Source: Nostoc sp. (GTDB taxonomy: Bacteria; Cyanobacteriota; Cyanobacteriia; Cyanobacteriales; Nostocaceae). From it: a stretch of DNA of 64,000 bases. The first letter of the stretch is position 1. Each line of letters opens with the position of its first letter. Location: assembly GCA_036918135.1 (NCBI GenBank), contig JBALDB010000007.1, positions 96,001 through 160,000 on the forward strand, written 5' to 3'. Below are positions 61,628 through 64,000 of the stretch, in pieces. The position numbers and the translations under genes were made by a program. The notes under the pieces are model-generated. The model saw only the letters and a list, made by a program, of their open reading frames with translations. It searched no databases and had not been told where the DNA came from.

Positions 61628-64000
61628 ATGACAATGTTTGGTTTCCGTTATAAGAGTCGGTCTATGCCCAATCACGATCGTAAATCTATTCAGCGTCGAT
61701 TCCTGGGGATTCTATTTCTTTGCAGCCTAACCTTTTGTTTATGGCTGAGCCATGTGCCATTCTTGACTTGGCAGCAAGAGTTAGGGGAAGTAGTACACGC
61801 ACAAACGGATGATGCTAGTAGATTGGTGGAGCAAGGTGTTCAAAGTTACCAGAAAGAAAAGTTGCAAGATGCAATTAAATATTGGCAAGAAGCTTTAAAT
61901 ATTTATCAAAAGAATAACAACCGCCCAAAGGAAGCGCTTGTCTTAGAGAATTTGGCAAGGGCATATCAACAAATAGATCGATTGGGTAAGTCCATTGCTC
62001 ATTGGGATAAAGTTATCGCCTACTATCGCCAAATTGGGGATGTGCAGCAGGTGGGGCGTATGCTTACAGAAGAATCTCAAATATACAATAGCTTGGGGCA
62101 ACCTAGAAAGGCGATCGCTCTTTTATGTGGTGTATTTCAAGAAGATCGGCAAGAGGAACCACAGAAAAAATGTTTGCCAGAAAGTGGATTGCAGATTGCT
62201 CGGTTTTCACAAGACCAAATAGGGGAAGTAGGTGCGTTGGGAAGTCTTGGAGAAGCTTACCGTCTAGTGGGTTACTACGACCGAGCTATTAAGTATCTTG
62301 AAAGTGCTGAAAAGATTGCTCCTAAGGGTTATGACTTTTTAGTACTCAATAGTTTGGGCAATGCCTATGTTAGTCGAGCGCAACTTTGGGAACTGCGTGC
62401 TGAGTCTGCTAAACAAAGTCAGATTCCAAAAGCTGATGAATTTGAATGGCAATCTAAAAGTGATTACCAGGCAGCTTTAAATAAATTTCAGTCTAGTTTT
62501 GAAAAAGCTGGCGAACAAAGTAACCAATTTGCTCAAATAAGAGTGCTTGTAAATTTAATTCAATTTTATTACCGCACCAAATCTGAGCAAACCAAGGTTG
62601 ATAAAGCAGTAGAAAAAGCTTTAGCTCTATTAGAAAAATTACCATTATCTACAACTAAAGTTTATATAGCAATAGATTTGGCGAATCTCCCAGTTGCAGG
62701 AACTCATGTTACTTCGCCCTTAACTCAATGTTTGCCAAAGCGACAACTACCAGATGCACAAGCACTACTTAAGGATGCAGTAAAATTTGCTCAAAATCTC
62801 CAAGATTCTCGCTCAGAGTCATTTGCCAATGGGGCATTGGGTCATTTTTATGAATGTCGGCAGGAATATGAGCAAGCCCTAAAATTAACTCGCGAAGCGC
62901 TTTGGCAAGCTGACCAAAATTTACTGGCAAAAGATAGCCTTTATTTATGGCAGTGGCAAACTGGACGGATTTTTCAAGCGCAGGAGAAAAAGTTTGAGGC
63001 TGTTAGAGCTTATCAGCAAGCTTATTCCACTTTAGAGGAAATTCGCAGCGATATTCTAGAAGCTGATAAAGATTTACAACTTGATTTTCGGGATGTCGTT
63101 GAGCCTTTATACCGTGAACTAACTCAATTAACACTAGAATTAGCTTCGCTCTCATCCTTTGATGCCAAAACTCGTAATCAGCAGCTAACTAATGCCTTGG
63201 AAACTATAGATTCTTTGAAATTAGCAGAATTACAAAATTACTTTGGTAATGATTGTGTGATAGCAGCTATTAATAACTTAAAAAATGTTGAGGAACTATT
63301 AAAAGAAGATACTGCTGTTTTTAGCTCTATCATCTTTGATAATCGCACCGCCATACTACTCAGTCTACCAAATGGCAATAAGCAGCTTGAATGGATAGAT
63401 GAGAAACGTAATGTTCTCGAAGAAGAAATCAAGAATTTTCGTCAATTACTTATAGATGGAGTTAAAACAATTAATGATGATGATATTAAGCAGAAAGCAC
63501 AATATTTGTATGGTAAACTTTTAGGTAAATTTAAATTAACTACTGATTTTAATCCTAATAAAATTAAGACTCTTGTTTTCATTCAAGATAGTTTTTTACG
63601 TACTATTCCAATGGCTGCGCTTTATGATGGCAAGGAATATTTGATTGAAAAGTATGCTATTGCTACTACTGCTAGTTTGCGTTTGACAGCACCTAAAAAA
63701 CTGAATTGGCAAGAAAATAGAGCTTTAATCTTAGGTGTAACTAGAGAGGCCAAAATCGATGAAAAGGACTATCCGATTTTGCCAAACGTGACTTCAGAAA
63801 TTGAGGAAGTTAAAAAACTATTCCCTGGTAGTAAATTGTTTATTAATAACAATTTTAACCGTAATAACTTAGAAAAAGAACTTAGTAAAACCGTTTATCC
63901 GATTATTCATATTTCTACTCACGCTCAGTTCGGCACGATTGCAGAAGATACTTTTCTAGTGGCTGGAAATAACAGCAAACTCACTATTAAGCAGCTAGAA
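61628..64000 (+). CDS. TPR + CHAT domain protein (partial, runs off the window end; absent from the ORF track)
   Basis: Frame from ATG 61628: hydrophobic signal-like stretch, TPR-like LVEQGVQSYQ...AIKYWQEALNIY, YLWQWQTGR, LQLDFRDVVEPLYR, LAELQNYFG, LRTIPMAALYDG..YLIEKY, and IIHISTHAQFG. The frame is consistent with the last bases of the window (LTIKQLE). Confidence 0.88.
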   Translation, partial: MTMFGFRYKSRSMPNHDRKSIQRRFLGILFLCSLTFCLWLSHVPFLTWQQELGEVVHAQTDDASRLVEQGVQSYQKEKLQDAIKYWQEALNIYQKNNNRPKEALVLENLARAYQQIDRLGKSIAHWDKVIAYYRQIGDVQQVGRMLTEESQIYNSLGQPRKAIALLCGVFQEDRQEEPQKKCLPESGLQIARFSQDQIGEVGALGSLGEAYRLVGYYDRAIKYLESAEKIAPKGYDFLVLNSLGNAYVSRAQLWELRAESAKQSQIPKADEFEWQSKSDYQAALNKFQSSFEKAGEQSNQFAQIRVLVNLIQFYYRTKSEQTKVDKAVEKALALLEKLPLSTTKVYIAIDLANLPVAGTHVTSPLTQCLPKRQLPDAQALLKDAVKFAQNLQDSRSESFANGALGHFYECRQEYEQALKLTREALWQADQNLLAKDSLYLWQWQTGRIFQAQEKKFEAVRAYQQAYSTLEEIRSDILEADKDLQLDFRDVVEPLYRELTQLTLELASLSSFDAKTRNQQLTNALETIDSLKLAELQNYFGNDCVIAAINNLKNVEELLKEDTAVFSSIIFDNRTAILLSLPNGNKQLEWIDEKRNVLEEEIKNFRQLLIDGVKTINDDDIKQKAQYLYGKLLGKFKLTTDFNPNKIKTLVFIQDSFLRTIPMAALYDGKEYLIEKYAIATTASLRLTAPKKLNWQENRALILGVTREAKIDEKDYPILPNVTSEIEEVKKLFPGSKLFINNNFNRNNLEKELSKTVYPIIHISTHAQFGTIAEDTFLVAGNNSKLTIKQLE

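Noticed and set aside
61995..63432. Short ORFs at 61995-62222 and 63238-63432
   Set aside because: They overlap the long TPR-CHAT frame starting at 61628.
59577..64000. ShlB and CHAT genes as part of the biosynthetic cluster
   Set aside because: This is a common cyanobacterial two-partner-secretion-associated pair, and ShlB is convergent with the cluster, so it more likely marks the boundary.

Overview
AT-rich DNA from a filamentous cyanobacterium, probably Nostocales (inferred from frequent HIP1 octamers GCGATCGC, Nostoc-type short repeats and MITEs, and the DUF4347, RTX, CHAT and ShlB gene families). Positions 1-15 kb hold secreted RTX/adhesin-like proteins, a P450, a DUF4157 protein, a PTS EIIA-HPr-EI fusion and small mobile-element debris. 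Positions 16003-59527 are a ~43.5 kb single-strand hybrid PKS/NRPS cluster: KS-AT-ACP-AMT-MOX-C-A(Asn)-T / KS-AT-KR-ACP / docking-domain TauD / C-A(Phe-like)-T-C / TauD / I-A(Gln-like)-T-E / C-A(Ala-like)-T / KS-AT(dead)-KR-ACP-TE / MFS / MbtH / a glycerate-derived extender cassette (FkbK-, FkbJ-, FkbI- and FkbH-like) / AT-ACP-FkbM methyltransferase / stand-alone AT. The most unusual parts are an apparent two-ACP, three-AT relay that could supply both hydroxymalonyl and methoxymalonyl units to one cis-AT assembly line, a dioxygenase carrying its own NRPS-type docking domain, an interface-type beta-hydroxylase paired with a Gln-like A domain, and the lack of any starter-loading module. The window ends with an ShlB/FhaC transporter and a TPR-CHAT gene that runs off the edge and is missing from the ORF track. 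All domain and substrate calls are read by eye from motifs; no searches were run, and I could not match the cluster to a product I recognise.
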